Assembly (NCBI GenBank): GCA_963840985.1
Contig: CAWJDN010000001.1
Location: 272 to 64,271 of the forward strand
Source of the DNA: an uncultured Acidobacteriaceae bacterium
GTDB lineage: Bacteria > Acidobacteriota > Terriglobia > Terriglobales > Acidobacteriaceae
Direction: 5' to 3'
Length of the DNA: 64,000 bases
Position 1 is the stretch's first letter; the number at the start of each line of letters is the position of its first letter. Both the position numbers and the translations under genes were made by a program. The notes beneath the pieces are model-generated. The model saw nothing but the letters and a program-made list of their open reading frames with translations, made no database searches and had not been told where the DNA came from. Shown here piece after piece: positions 36,878-48,003 of the stretch.

Positions 36878-39675
36878 ATGCGCACTCTTTTGCGGTATAC
36901 CTTTTTTGTCTTCACTACGGGCCTTTTGACCTTTATGCTGCTGGCGCAACCGGACCGCCTTAGCGGGCCGATCGACAACACACGAATGGTTGCGTTGGCC
37001 GGTAACGTACCCCCGCGCGCGCGGCCGGCCTTTGACCGCGGTCCGGTACCTGCATCTTTTCCGATGCCGGCTGTCACTATTTACCTCAAGCCGTCGGCCA
37101 GCCAGCAAATTGTGCTTCAGCAGTTACTGGCGAACCAGCAGAATCCAGCTTCCGCCGATTACCACAAGTGGCTGACGCCGGAGCAATATGCCGCTCGCTT
37201 TGGTGTAAGCCGGAGTGACATCAACCGAATTACAGCCTGGCTTAAGGCGCAAGGCCTGCAAGTGCGGCGCGTGGCCCGTAGCCGCACCTGGGTTGAGTTC
37301 AGCGGCACGGCCCAGCAAGTGGAGAATGCGTTTCATACGCAGATTCATCAGTACCTCGAAAATGGAAAGCTGCACTACGCCAACTCCACCAATCCCTCAA
37401 TACCTGCTGCGCTCTCCAATATGGTGCTGGGTGTCCGAGGGTTGAACGACTACCGTCTCAAACCGCTCAATAAATTACGCGGCGTGGGTCCGCGGAACAC
37501 CACCGCCAGCGGGGAACACCAAATGGCTCCCGGCGATTTCGCGATTATTTACGACGTAGCGCCGCTTTATGCGGCCGGTATTGATGGCACGGGCCAGAAG
37601 CTGGTCATCGTGGGACAGACCGACATCAATGTTTCCGATATCAATGCATTTCGCAGCATGTACAGTCTGCCCGCGATTAACCTGCAGCAGATTCTGGTCC
37701 CGGGCAGGCCGACCCGGGCATCAGCCAGGGCGATTTGCCGGAAGCCGACCTGGATCTGGAATGGTCGGGCGCGGTGGCACGAAATGCCAACATCATTTTC
37801 GTATATTCCCCCGATGTCTTCACTTCGTTGCAGGAAGCCGTGGATCAGGCCTATGCTCCCGTCATCAGCATGAGCTACGGCCTGTGCGAAGGCGCTGACT
37901 TGATCGATCTGCCGAGCGAACGCCAAACCGCGCAGCAGGCCAATGCGGAGGGCATCACCTGGCTGGCGGCGGCCGGCGATGCTGGCGCGGCGGATTGCGA
38001 AGACCAGGACGCCGTCATCGCGCAGGACGGGTTGGCCGTGGACGCGCCCGGCAGCATCCCCGAAGTGACTTCCATGGGCGGCTCGGAATTCGACGAAGGG
38101 CGCGGGAATTATTGGAGCGGCACCAATGGGTCCAACGGAGGCTCCGCGCTGTCCTACATTCCCGAGATGGTGTGGAACGACACCAGCGTGGGCGGCGGAC
38201 TGGCGGCGGGCGGCGGGGGAGCCAGTTCCATTTTTGCGAAGCCGGTATGGCAAGCCGGGCCGGGCGTCCCCAACGACAGCTTTCGCCATGTTCCGGATCT
38301 TTCGATTGCTTCGTCGCCCGATCACGACGGTTACTATGTCTACACCGGAGGCTCCCTGCAGATCTACGGGGGTACGTCCATGGCGGCCCCTACCATGGCG
38401 GGTATCGTAGCCCTGCTCAACGAGTATCTGGTGTCCGGCGGCGCGCAGGTGGCCGGATTGGGCAATATCAATCCGACGCTTTACCGGATGGCGCAGAATA
38501 CGCCGGGAATTTTTCACGATATTACGTCCGGCAACAACAGCGTCCCGTGCGTGATTGGTTCGCCCAACTGCACCACAGGCACCATCGGATATAACGCGGG
38601 GCCGAGGTACGACCAGGCTAGCGGCCTTGGTTCTCCGGATGCCTACAACTTTGTCCACCAGTGGAGCAGCCAGGCGCCCACCGCGGCCGCGGTGGTTCCC
38701 TCCATCGATAACAATCCGGTATTTGAGCAAATTACACGCGGTGGAGATCCCTGGACATTCACTATCACGCTTACAGAAGAAGCGGGAGTGGCCACCACGC
38801 TTACCGGCTTCACCATCAACGGCGCCAGCTACAACGTCGCCACCGTTTTCGGCACAACGTCACTGGCCGCCGACGGCTCGGTTTCCTCTACCGGCCTGGG
38901 GCTTGCCAATCTGTCCGTTCCCACCAGCGTGATATTCGAATTCAAGGGTACGGACGCGAACGGTAATTCGTGGACGCAGACGCTCTCGGTTCCATTCGAC
39001 GGACCGCAAGCGCAGCTGGTAGTCGGTGGCGCGAGCAACGCCGCGTCAGGCCGGCAATCCTATGCGCCCGGCATGCTTTTGAGTGTCTATGGAACGGCGC
39101 TGGGCAATTTCGTCCAGTCCGCGGGCACCATTCCGCTACCGCAGTACCTGGCCGGTTTTGAGGCGCTAGTCAACGGCGTGACCGCTCCGTTGTACTACGT
39201 TTCGCCCAATCAAGTGAATATTCAGATTCCCTATGAAACCCAGCCTGGAGCCAACACGCTGACGGTTGGCAATCCCTACGTCAACGTCAACTACAACCTT
39301 AAAATTGTGCCGGCCGCGCCGGGAATCTTCATGACCGATGGATTCACGGCGGCTCCATTTTCGAGCGCCGCGGCCGGACAAATCACCACGGTTTTCATTA
39401 CCGGGGAAGGGCAGGTTTCTCCGGCGCTGACCGACGGTGTTTCTCCCTCATCGGGAACTCCGCCATCGCAGCTCCCCAGACCCAAACTTCCCGTGACGCT
39501 GATGGTGGCCGGACAGCCCGCGACCATCCAGTTCATCGGCATCCCCGTGGGCCTAGTGGGAGTGACGCAAATCAATTACCAAGTTCCGGCTAATACGCCG
39601 ACCGGCGTGCAGCAAGTAGTAGTGACGGTGGGAGGGGTTGCCAGCCAGGCGGCCAAGTTGACGGTGACTAACTGA
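36878..39675 (+). CDS. S53 (sedolisin/kumamolisin) peptidase with pro-domain and Solibacter-type C-terminal domain; one frameshift near 37709
   Basis: Pro-domain (WLTPEQYAARFG), EADLDLE, AAAGDAG, GGTSMAAP, and YVSPNQVNIQIP / GVTQINYQVP. The two ORFs join if one base is added at CC 37709-37710. Confidence 0.88.
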
Positions 39676-39694
39676 GCTGAAACCGCCTAGCGCA

Positions 39695-40345
39695 TCACGC
39701 GATGATGCCCTTGCGCACCGCGTAGAGAATCAGCTCCGGCACGCTGTGCAGATTCAATTTCTGCAAAATGTGGGTGCGGTGGGTGTCGACAGTATAAAGG
39801 CTGAGATTCAGGGTGTTCGCGACCTCTTTGTTGGTCTTGCCTTCGGCGACCATCTGTAGAATCTCACGCTCCCGATCGGTCAGCAGGTCGTAGCTGCTGT
39901 CGGCGTCCTTGCGGCCCAGCGCTTGAAAATAATCCTCTTGAAGAATCCGGCTCACCTTGGGACTGAAGAAGGATCGGCCGTCCACCACCGCCTCTATGGC
40001 CAGGATCAGTTCGGATTTCACTGCGTCCTTCAGCAGGTACGCCCGCGCGCCGGCCTTTAGCGACCGGATCACGTAGCTCTCGTCATGGTGCATGCTGAGG
40101 ATCACGACGCCGATATGAGGATGCTTCTCGACGATGCGCCGGGTGGCTTCGATGCCGTTCATGTTCGGCATAGCAATATCCATCACCACCACGTCCGGCC
40201 GGTGATCCTGCGCCAGCTGCAGCGTCTCGCGGCCATCGGCCGCCTCACCCACCACCACGAATCCCGGCTGCCTCTCAAGCAGCAAGCGCATCCCGTCGCG
40301 CAGGATGTTGTGATCGTCAGCCAGCAGAATGCGAATCTGCTCCAT
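39695..40345 (-). CDS. NarL/LuxR family response regulator
   Basis: Motifs LADDH, VVMDIAMP, LTDREREIL..GKTNKEVA. Alternative start at 40381. Confidence 0.95.
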   Translation of the reverse strand: MEQIRILLADDHNILRDGMRLLLERQPGFVVVGEAADGRETLQLAQDHRPDVVVMDIAMPNMNGIEATRRIVEKHPHIGVVILSMHHDESYVIRSLKAGARAYLLKDAVKSELILAIEAVVDGRSFFSPKVSRILQEDYFQALGRKDADSSYDLLTDREREILQMVAEGKTNKEVANTLNLSLYTVDTHRTHILQKLNLHSVPELILYAVRKGIIA

Positions 40346-41759
40346 CCGGCAGGCCTCCGTTCCACACAATTTCGGTGACATGCTCGGGTTCCTCAGTCAG
40401 GACATCACCGAGTTCGGTCGGCCGCGGCATAGCCGGCTGGCCTATGGCCGCCAGAGGCAACGTGACGCGCAACAGAGTACCGCGCCCGGGCCGCGAGTCA
40501 AGCTGGAACACGCCGCCTAGGTGCCGTACGCGCTCTTCCATTCCGAGAATCCCCAAGCCGCGCACGCGTTCGGGATCGAACCCGCTGCCGTCATCCTGCA
40601 CGGTGACGAGAATCTGCCCAGGCTCGTGCCGGACCAACACCTGCACCGCACTGGCCTGCGCGTGCTGCGCGCAATTGTTGAGCGCTTCCTGCACTACGCG
40701 ATACACACAAGTCTTGTGCTCCTCCGGCAGTTCGCCCGCCATCTCGCTGGCGACTTGCACGCGCAAACCGGTGCGCTTGCCGATCTCGCGCGCCTGCCAC
40801 TCCAACGCGGGCAGCAGCCCGAAATCGTCCAGCATGGAAGGCCGCAGCAACAGCGCCATATTTCGAATCTCGTTCATGCCCTTTTCCGCCACGCCGCGGA
40901 TGGAATCCAGATGCGACCGGACTTCTGGAGCGGGATCCAAATCGAGCAGGTTCTCGGCTTCCATCAGTACCGCCGAAAACGCCTGGGCCACTTCGTCATG
41001 CAACTCGCGAGACAAAGCGCGCCGCTCTTCTTCCTGCGCGCGCACCAGCCGGGCCGACAGCTCCTGCAAACTGGCTTGTGAGTGAACGCTTTCGGTCAGC
41101 CGCCGCTGGACTTCTGCCTCCAGTTTCAAGATGTGGAAAATGGTGAATGCCGCCAGAGTGGCGCCCCCCAGCAGCGTGATGGCGATCATCGCCAGCAATC
41201 CAAATTGCAGCCGCCCGAATAAATCGCCGAGCTTCATGTCGCCACGCCGCAGCGCTTCCTCGTTTAACGTTTCGATACGATCGGCGATCTGCAGCATGGA
41301 TGTGCGGCGGGGAACCAGTTCTTCGTAAAAGAAGGCGTAGCGGAATTTACCGCGCTCTTCCGCGGTCCAGGCGAAAGTGCGGTCCAGCACCTTCCAATAG
41401 GCCTCAATTTGAGAGCGTAAGTCCTGGAACGGCGCCGCTTCTTCCGGTTCCAGAGCCGAGGCGTAGCTGTTCAGGGCATTCTCGGAATCGCGCCGCAGCC
41501 CTTCGAGCGTGGCCATTTGCGCCTGTGCGCCGGATTGTTCCGGAGCCAGGAGCGAATCCCGCACGAATGTACCCGACAAATAAATGTTGGATCGAATTCG
41601 CTCCAGCGTGCGGTTGCGCGCCAGGAAGCGTGCCTGCAGCGCGGTGTCGTTGTGGCGCAGGCTATTCAGGAACTGAAGCGCCCCCGCTTCGGCCGCCGCC
41701 ATGATGAGCAGCAAACCGCCAAATCCCGCTACCAGAAGCACTCCGGGGCGCTGCCGCAT
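40317..41759 (-). CDS. HisKA_3 sensor histidine kinase
   Basis: Two TM helices, then EERRALSRELHDEVAQ, QEALNN, DDGSGF, GLGILGMEER. Confidence 0.93.
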   Translation of the reverse strand: MRQRPGVLLVAGFGGLLLIMAAAEAGALQFLNSLRHNDTALQARFLARNRTLERIRSNIYLSGTFVRDSLLAPEQSGAQAQMATLEGLRRDSENALNSYASALEPEEAAPFQDLRSQIEAYWKVLDRTFAWTAEERGKFRYAFFYEELVPRRTSMLQIADRIETLNEEALRRGDMKLGDLFGRLQFGLLAMIAITLLGGATLAAFTIFHILKLEAEVQRRLTESVHSQASLQELSARLVRAQEEERRALSRELHDEVAQAFSAVLMEAENLLDLDPAPEVRSHLDSIRGVAEKGMNEIRNMALLLRPSMLDDFGLLPALEWQAREIGKRTGLRVQVASEMAGELPEEHKTCVYRVVQEALNNCAQHAQASAVQVLVRHEPGQILVTVQDDGSGFDPERVRGLGILGMEERVRHLGGVFQLDSRPGRGTLLRVTLPLAAIGQPAMPRPTELGDVLTEEPEHVTEIVWNGGLPDGADSHSAG

Positions 41760-42000
41760 GCTTCTACCAGTGTAGCTGGCGCCAGTGAAGCGGACACTAT
41801 GCGGGAGTAGCTCGGCGACGGGACGGAACCACATCTTCTCTAAGGTAGAACCTGGCGTGGAATACGGGAATCAGGTCCATCCTGTAGTACAGTAATGAAC
41901 CTTCCTTAAGGTGATCTGAGCCGAAATACAGTGCCAACGGGATTCTCTTGCCGCATTACGCGCCGCTATGCTGTAACTACGAAAGCTTAGGAGGCTTTGG

Positions 42001-42588
42001 ATGAAATTACGATTCTTGGCTTGCGCGGCCTTGACAGCGCTTACGCTGACTTTCTCCGGTTGTGCGAAAAAGGTTGCTGCGAAGGCGCCACCCCCGCCGA
42101 CTCCGGAACGCAGCACGCCAGCCGTTGCGTCGCGGCCAACACCGGCACAGAACTATTCTCAGCCAACCCAGGCGGCTTCTAGTACTCCCTCGCGGTTGCC
42201 GGATGCCGCCACCCGTGCCCGCATCCAGGATTTGCTGAACCGCATTCAGGATGCTTATTTCGATTACAACAAGCACACGCTGCGTCCGGACGCCGAAGCT
42301 GCTCTGAAAAAAGACGCCCAGACATTGGCTGACATCATTAAACAATATCCGGATTTTAAGCTCACGGTGGAAGGTTTTGCCGACGAGCGCGGATCGGAAG
42401 AGTATAACCTGGCTCTGGGCGATGCGCGCGCCAAACAGACCAGAGAGTATCTGGCCAACTTGGGGCTGCCGGACAACCAGCTGGCGGTTGTTAGCTACGG
42501 TAAAGATAAACCGGTGTGTACCGAGCACGATGAAGACTGCTGGCAGAAGAATCGCCGGACCCACATCACGCAAGCGCAAGCCAACTAG
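42001..42588 (+). CDS. pal: Peptidoglycan-associated lipoprotein (OmpA C-like)
   Basis: Lipobox FSGC and motifs YFDYNK, EGFADERGSEEYNLALG, SYGKDKP, KNRR. Confidence 0.9.
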   Translation: MKLRFLACAALTALTLTFSGCAKKVAAKAPPPPTPERSTPAVASRPTPAQNYSQPTQAASSTPSRLPDAATRARIQDLLNRIQDAYFDYNKHTLRPDAEAALKKDAQTLADIIKQYPDFKLTVEGFADERGSEEYNLALGDARAKQTREYLANLGLPDNQLAVVSYGKDKPVCTEHDEDCWQKNRRTHITQAQAN

Positions 42589-42618
42589 TTTGTTCTGCTA
42601 AGTTCGCAAAAAAACGAA

Positions 42619-42657
42619 GCCCCGGTGGCTGGGTGAGAGTGGCCGCCGGGGCCTTTT
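42619..42657 (+). terminator. Intrinsic terminator after pal
   Basis: GCCCCGGTGGC...GCCGCCGGGGC followed by CTTTT, with an A-run on the 5' side. Confidence 0.75.
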
Positions 42658-42925
42658 GTGTTTCTTGAGGCTCCCGTGCCTCTTGAGATCGAGAACGGAA
42701 GAAACGCGGCAGCTCATTTTCAGCGCTCTGGTTTTCGGTCAGGCGAGTGAATGCGATTCCGTCTTCCGCGGCCAGCGCGGCGTCCCTTTTCCCCGCAATC
42801 CCAATCGATTTCTGGTCGAACCCGTGAGAGCGATTGCCCCGGCGGTGTTGTACTGGGACAAATCGCTAAGATTTCGGTGTGAGGCGGATGGCTGGCCGTT
42901 CACTCGTGAAAACTGCGAATGATGA

Positions 42926-45833
42926 CTATTGTCTCGATAGCCGGGCTAGTACGTGATCAATGGCCTGGTCGTTAGGATTGGGTGCGCTTCCGGCCGCGAC
43001 GCACGGCTTGGGTTGCTGTTTCCAAAGATTTTCAGCCAGCGACAGATTCATATCGGCGGCATCTTCCAACTCAGTGCGGCGAGGGTTACTGGCCAGCGCC
43101 TTGCGAGCGGATTCGGCCGGGTCGGCTTGGGCTTGACTCTGACCCACCGTTTGGCCATCCGGCCGGCACTGGTCGAATCGCGTCACTTCGGCCTGGAGCA
43201 GCTCTTTGCTCCGCTCGTAACGCTCGGCGGCCCTCAAACCGCGTGCGTTCGGATCGAGCGCCAGCACCCGATCGCTGAGATCGAGTTGGGTCTTGCTCGC
43301 CTCGTCCGTCGGGTTCAATTGCACCGCTTTCTGGAAGGCAGCGCGGGCGTCTTGGTAATTTTCCATGGCAAGCTCAGCCGCGCCCAGACCCGCGTACGCA
43401 TCCGCGTCCCGATCGTTGGTCTGAATCATGTTGCGAAATACGTCCGCGGCTTCGCGAGGAGCGCCATAGCTGAGCAACAGCTTCCCGATTTTGTTCTTCA
43501 CGGCGGTATCGTGCGCCGCCGGACCCAAGGCCGCTAATAACTCGGCGATGGCCTGCGTACGTTGTCCGGTCTTTTGCAGGAGGGAGACCAAGTCGAAACG
43601 AGTCTGCATGCGCTTCTGATCCTGACCGGCCAGCCACGCTCCATCAATGGCGCGGCGATAGAACTTCACGGCATCCGCGGTCTTACCCTCCGCTGCTTCA
43701 ATCTCTGCTTCCCCCAGGTTGGCCAGCGCATTTTCCGGATCGCGCTTTAAGAAGGCAGTCAGATAGGCAGACGCTTCCGCCAGGTGTTTGTCCTTGGCCA
43801 GCGCCAAGCCCAAAGCCAGCCGGTACTGCATGTTCCCTGGGGCGCCCGACAGAGCCTCGCGAAACTGCTGCACGGCTTCATCGTCGCGATCCTGCCGCAG
43901 CAAATCGTTGCCGGATTTGTAATATTGTTCGGCGCGCTGCGACCGCTCGGACCGATAGTAGTAATTGATGAAACCAATCACCAGCAGCACCGCCAGGCCG
44001 GCCGCGATCACCCCCGGCACCAGCCGTGTGGATGGGTGAACCTCTTCGCTCGCTGCCTGCGCTTCGCTTTTCTCTCCGGCGACGCCATAGGCCTGCAAGA
44101 TATCCTTCAGCGAGACTACGCCCTTCAGATCGCGAATGTCGGCTCGCCCCACTACCGGCAGCACGTTCAACTTGGTATGCGCCATGCGCCGCAGCGCCAT
44201 GTCCAGCGGATGATCCATGTGCAAATGCGGAAAGCTCTCGGCGCTCAGGAAGGGGTTCGGTACATCCACCGGCAGCAATTCACCTAGCACCCGGTCTCCG
44301 TGGCCGGCCGCCATTTCCTGCTGCACCTGCGCCAGCGTGATCATGCCAGCCAGACGTCCGCCGTCCATCACGGGCCATGCATCCCGATCCGCTTGAAGAA
44401 AGCTCTGCGCATCTTCCACGCGATCTGTTCTGGCCAGCACATGCAATGGGGCCACGGCGGCATCGCTTACGATCAATAATCCCTGCCGGTAGCGCAGACC
44501 GGACGGCAGGTGAATCCCGTCCTGATGCTGCAGCGCTTCGTAGATCGGCTCTTCTTGCAGGCGATATGAGATATAAAAGCTGATCAGGTTCGCGATCATG
44601 AGCGGCACGATGATGGAATAATCGCGCGTCATTTCAAAGATCATGATCACCGACGTGAGCGGTACGCGGACAATGCCGGCAAACAGCGCGCCCATGCCCA
44701 CCAGAGCATACGCGCCCACGCCGCCCGTGAAATCCGGCAGGATCTGATGAGCCACGGTTCCTACCGTTCCGCCCAGCATTGCCCCAATAAATAGAGCCGG
44801 GCCGAAGATGCCGCCCGCATTTCCGGTCCCATAGCAGACTGGCTGTTGCGACCACTTTCAATAGCACCAGCAGCGCCATGATTTCGAGCGTCATTTGGCC
44901 GTTGAGCGCCTCGCTCACGTGGCTGTACCCGACCCCGAGAACATCGGGAACGAACCATCCCATCAGACCTACCGCCAAACCTCCGGCAGCCGGCTGCATC
45001 CATTCGCTCCACTTGGGCAGAGCCAGAAAATACTTACGAATTGCCAGCAGTAGTTTGACGAACGCTACCGAAACTAATCCGCCTGCGATTCCCAGCAACG
45101 CGTACGTGATGAATTCAATGGGGCTGACAAGCTGATAGGAGGGCACGTGAAACAGCGGCTCATCGCCCAGCACCAGATGCAGCGTCACCCAGGACGTCGC
45201 CGAGCCCAGCACGATTGACCCCAGGACGGGCGCGTGCAGATCGCCCATTACTTCTTCCAGAGTGAACAGAACGGCCGCCACGGGAGTGTTGAAAGCCGCC
45301 GCCAGCGCCGCTGCCGCGCCCACCGGAATCAACTCGCGGATCCGGTTTGGTCCTAGTCCGAGCCGCCGTCCCAGCACTGACGCGATTCCGGCTCCCACCT
45401 GTACCGAAGGCCCTTCGCGTCCCAGGGCGATACCGCTGGCAAGCGACGCCGAACAGCACCCGAATTTGCCGAGCACCGTGCGCATCGTGATGTAACCGTC
45501 GCGCAAAAAGAGAGCCGCTTTGGTCTGGGGAATTCCGCTGCCGCGGGCATTGCTGAAGAAACGGGAGAGCAGATATCCGGTGAAGAGCGCGCCGGCGGTG
45601 GGGATCAGCACGCGCCGCCAAGCCGCGCTTCCATCCGGGTACATGCGGGCGCCCAGATTTTCGGTGACGTAAATGAAGGCGGCCACCACCAGCCCAACCA
45701 CCGCTCCGATGATCAGCGTGAGCAGGAGCAGGATTTTGTCTTCGTGGTGGAGGAGAACCTCGCCATCGGTCCAATGCCCGAGACGGCTACGCCAGGATTC
45801 AGCTGGGGGAGCAACTACGCTTGACGACGACAC
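42926..45833 (-). CDS. ClC chloride channel/antiporter with CBS pair, extra TM and C-terminal TPR domain; one frameshift near 44840
   Basis: Motifs GSGIP, GREGP, FNTP, GVGY. Removing one base at ~44840 restores TAVCYGTGNAGGIFGPALFIGAMLG. CBS, TM and TPR regions lie in one ORF. Confidence 0.88.
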
Positions 45834-45873
45834 TAATCTATAAGAATAACAATCTGCCGCCGCTATTGCATTT

Positions 45874-46257
45874 CTAACGCCGGAGTAACTGGGGTATGAA
45901 TTCGAAGTGCCGGTCGCGGGTGATCAGCTCCAGATCATGCTCCAATGCGAGCGCCGCGATCCAAATGTCGTTATCTGGGATCGGCGTTCCGGCGCGTTTG
46001 AGTTGCACGAACAGGCGAGCGTATTGTTCGGCCGTTTCTCGCGTTGGAAGCAAAATTCCGACCGTGGGCTTCGCCAAAAAGCGTTGGAGAAGAACCTCGT
46101 TCCGATGTTGTTGCGAGCCGCCGTAGAATCCCGCTTTGATCTCTGCCAGCACCACCAACGGCACCCAGACTTCGTCGCATTCGCCTAGCCGGTCAGCCAG
46201 TTCCCGGTCGCCCTGAAACAAATCGGTAAGCCGGTTGGTGTCCAGCGCGACCCTCAT
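45874..46257 (-). CDS. vapC: VapC PIN-domain toxin
   Basis: Motifs ALDTN, VLAE, PDNDIWIAALA, TRDRHF. Confidence 0.92.
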   Translation of the reverse strand: MRVALDTNRLTDLFQGDRELADRLGECDEVWVPLVVLAEIKAGFYGGSQQHRNEVLLQRFLAKPTVGILLPTRETAEQYARLFVQLKRAGTPIPDNDIWIAALALEHDLELITRDRHFEFIPQLLRR

Positions 46258-46268
46258 TCAGGGTAGCC

Positions 46269-46541
46269 TTACTTCCACTTGTCCCAATCGATCTGGCGCT
46301 GGGCAGCGATGATTTCATCGAACGCCGGATCCGGCGTCCACTGGCCCACGAACTCGGCAAAATCCGCCTTGCGCGGACGCCCAACCGTGGCACGCGTTAG
46401 CTCGTCCACAACCAGTTGATTGAGGCTTAGCTTGAGCTGAGCCGCCTTCTTTCGCAGCGCACGATCCACGTCCGCCGGTATGCCGCGAATGGTATATTGC
46501 GCGACCTCGTGTATTTGAGTTATTTGCGCCTGCAACTTCAT
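46269..46541 (-). CDS. RHH-type antitoxin (FitA/VapB-like)
   Basis: YTIRGIPADVDRALRKKAA..SLNQ, directly upstream of vapC. Confidence 0.85.
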   Translation of the reverse strand: MKLQAQITQIHEVAQYTIRGIPADVDRALRKKAAQLKLSLNQLVVDELTRATVGRPRKADFAEFVGQWTPDPAFDEIIAAQRQIDWDKWK

Positions 46542-46570
46542 GCCTACATGCTAGCAAAGTAAGTAGGCAT
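46540..46570 (-). promoter_or_regulatory. Probable TA operator/promoter
   Basis: Inverted repeat ATGCCTAC-N15-GTAGGCAT enclosing the palindrome TGCTAGCA. Minus-strand TAGCAT -10-like box. Confidence 0.6.
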
Positions 46571-46581
46571 AAGTCCACTCA

Positions 46582-48003
46582 TCACCAAAGTCCTGCCAGA
46601 GCGCTCGCATCCGGCAGCGTTTCCAGTCGATCTATCGCCTGAGCCAGGCGATCGCGCTGCTCAGCTGACAGAAATCCCCTCGCGTTATCGTCGAATTTGG
46701 CGCGCAGCTCCTGGTACGTCATTGGATTCTCGGACGATCCTCGGTTGTATTCTTCCACCGTCTCGAACACCTGGCCGTCCTTCAGCACAATCTTGACCGC
46801 GCCCTTGAAGCGGCCAGGCCCCGGATACTCTGGATCGACGTGATATTGAACGCGGCGCGCCAGCGCCAGGATTTCCGGATTCTTGAGACTCTCGGCCCGG
46901 TAAGCGCCCTTGCCGAGCGCGCCGACGTAAAGCGCCTCCGCCAAGCTGTATTGCAGGCTGACACGGCCATGCGAGTCGGATGCCGGCGCAAACTTTTCAT
47001 CCGTCGGTTCGCACACGATACCTACGATGAAGCCGGTCACCGGACACTCGATGCGTTCCACATCGTGCGCCTCGATTCCGTGCTTCTCCCTCAGCCGCAA
47101 TATCGCGCTGATGTACGGGTGGATCACATGGGCCGCGGGAAACGGTTTGAAGGACGAATTGCGGCTCTCCCAGTGTTCGCCCAGCCGATAATTAATTCGC
47201 CCAAAGTCGCGATGGACGTCCGGATCCTGCACGTGTGAGGCGAAAAGACCCCAGCGTCCTTCAAATACTTGCGCCGGCCCCGTCACACCCGATCGAGCCA
47301 GCAGCGCCGCGGTTATGCCGCTCTGCGCGGACCATCCGGGATGCAGAAACTTGGTTTGTGTTCCATCCACCCAGCATTCCAGCAGTCCGGATGCGAAGCT
47401 ACCCGCAATCCCCGCCGCACGCGCCATCGCTTGGGCATCCAGCCCCAGCAGCTTACCAGCTAGATAAGCGGCGCCGAAAGTTGCGAACAGTCCCGTGGGG
47501 TGAAAACCTCGCCGATGCAGTTCGCCCGAGGAAACGCTGCCCACGCGGCACGAGATCTCGTTGCCGATCGCCACCGCGGTGATGAGATCGCGACCAGAAA
47601 CGCTGGAGAATTCTGCCAGCGCCAGTGCCGCCGCCACGGCCGGGCTGCTCATATGAACGATCGATTCATTGTGCGTGTCATCGAACTCGAGCGCTTGTGA
47701 GAACGCTCCATTGGCGAACGCCGCCGTCGTCACGCCCACTCGATCGCCGAATCCGAGCATGCGGCACGGACCCGGCGTTGAAATGGCCAACGTAGCGTCG
47801 TGCACCGAGCGCCCAAAATCCGTTTCGGCTCCGGCCAGCGCCAATCCGATCACGTCCAGCACGCGCAGCTTGGTGGACGTGACGACATCTTCGGGCAAGT
47901 CGTCAAAGGTCACGCTCTCGGCCCAGCGCGCGAGCTCGGTGGAAAGCGGTGTGCTCAACGGTGGTGTGCTCAACGGTGGTGTGCTCAACGGTAGTGTGCT
48001 CAA
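46582..48003 (-). CDS. MmgE/PrpD family protein
   Basis: Motifs ALEFDDTH, GFHPTG, KFLHPG, KPFPAAH. TTG start overlaps the SDR stop (TTGA). Confidence 0.92.
   Translation of the reverse strand: MSTLPLSTPPLSTPPLSTPLSTELARWAESVTFDDLPEDVVTSTKLRVLDVIGLALAGAETDFGRSVHDATLAISTPGPCRMLGFGDRVGVTTAAFANGAFSQALEFDDTHNESIVHMSSPAVAAALALAEFSSVSGRDLITAVAIGNEISCRVGSVSSGELHRRGFHPTGLFATFGAAYLAGKLLGLDAQAMARAAGIAGSFASGLLECWVDGTQTKFLHPGWSAQSGITAALLARSGVTGPAQVFEGRWGLFASHVQDPDVHRDFGRINYRLGEHWESRNSSFKPFPAAHVIHPYISAILRLREKHGIEAHDVERIECPVTGFIVGIVCEPTDEKFAPASDSHGRVSLQYSLAEALYVGALGKGAYRAESLKNPEILALARRVQYHVDPEYPGPGRFKGAVKIVLKDGQVFETVEEYNRGSSENPMTYQELRAKFDDNARGFLSAEQRDRLAQAIDRLETLPDASALAGLW
47947..48003. repeat. 15-bp tandem repeat CGGTGGTGTGCTCAA, ~3.8 copies
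   Basis: Units at 47959, 47974 and 47989 plus a 12-bp partial at 47947. Encodes LSTLP-LSTPP-LSTPP-LSTP. Confidence 0.92.

Noticed and set aside
37690-37735. Programmed frameshift in the S53 peptidase
   Set aside because: There is no slippery heptamer. A single missing C explains it, and similar indels occur elsewhere in the window.
42656-42922. 88-aa ORF after pal
   Set aside because: It starts inside the terminator, has no RBS or motifs, and has atypical composition.
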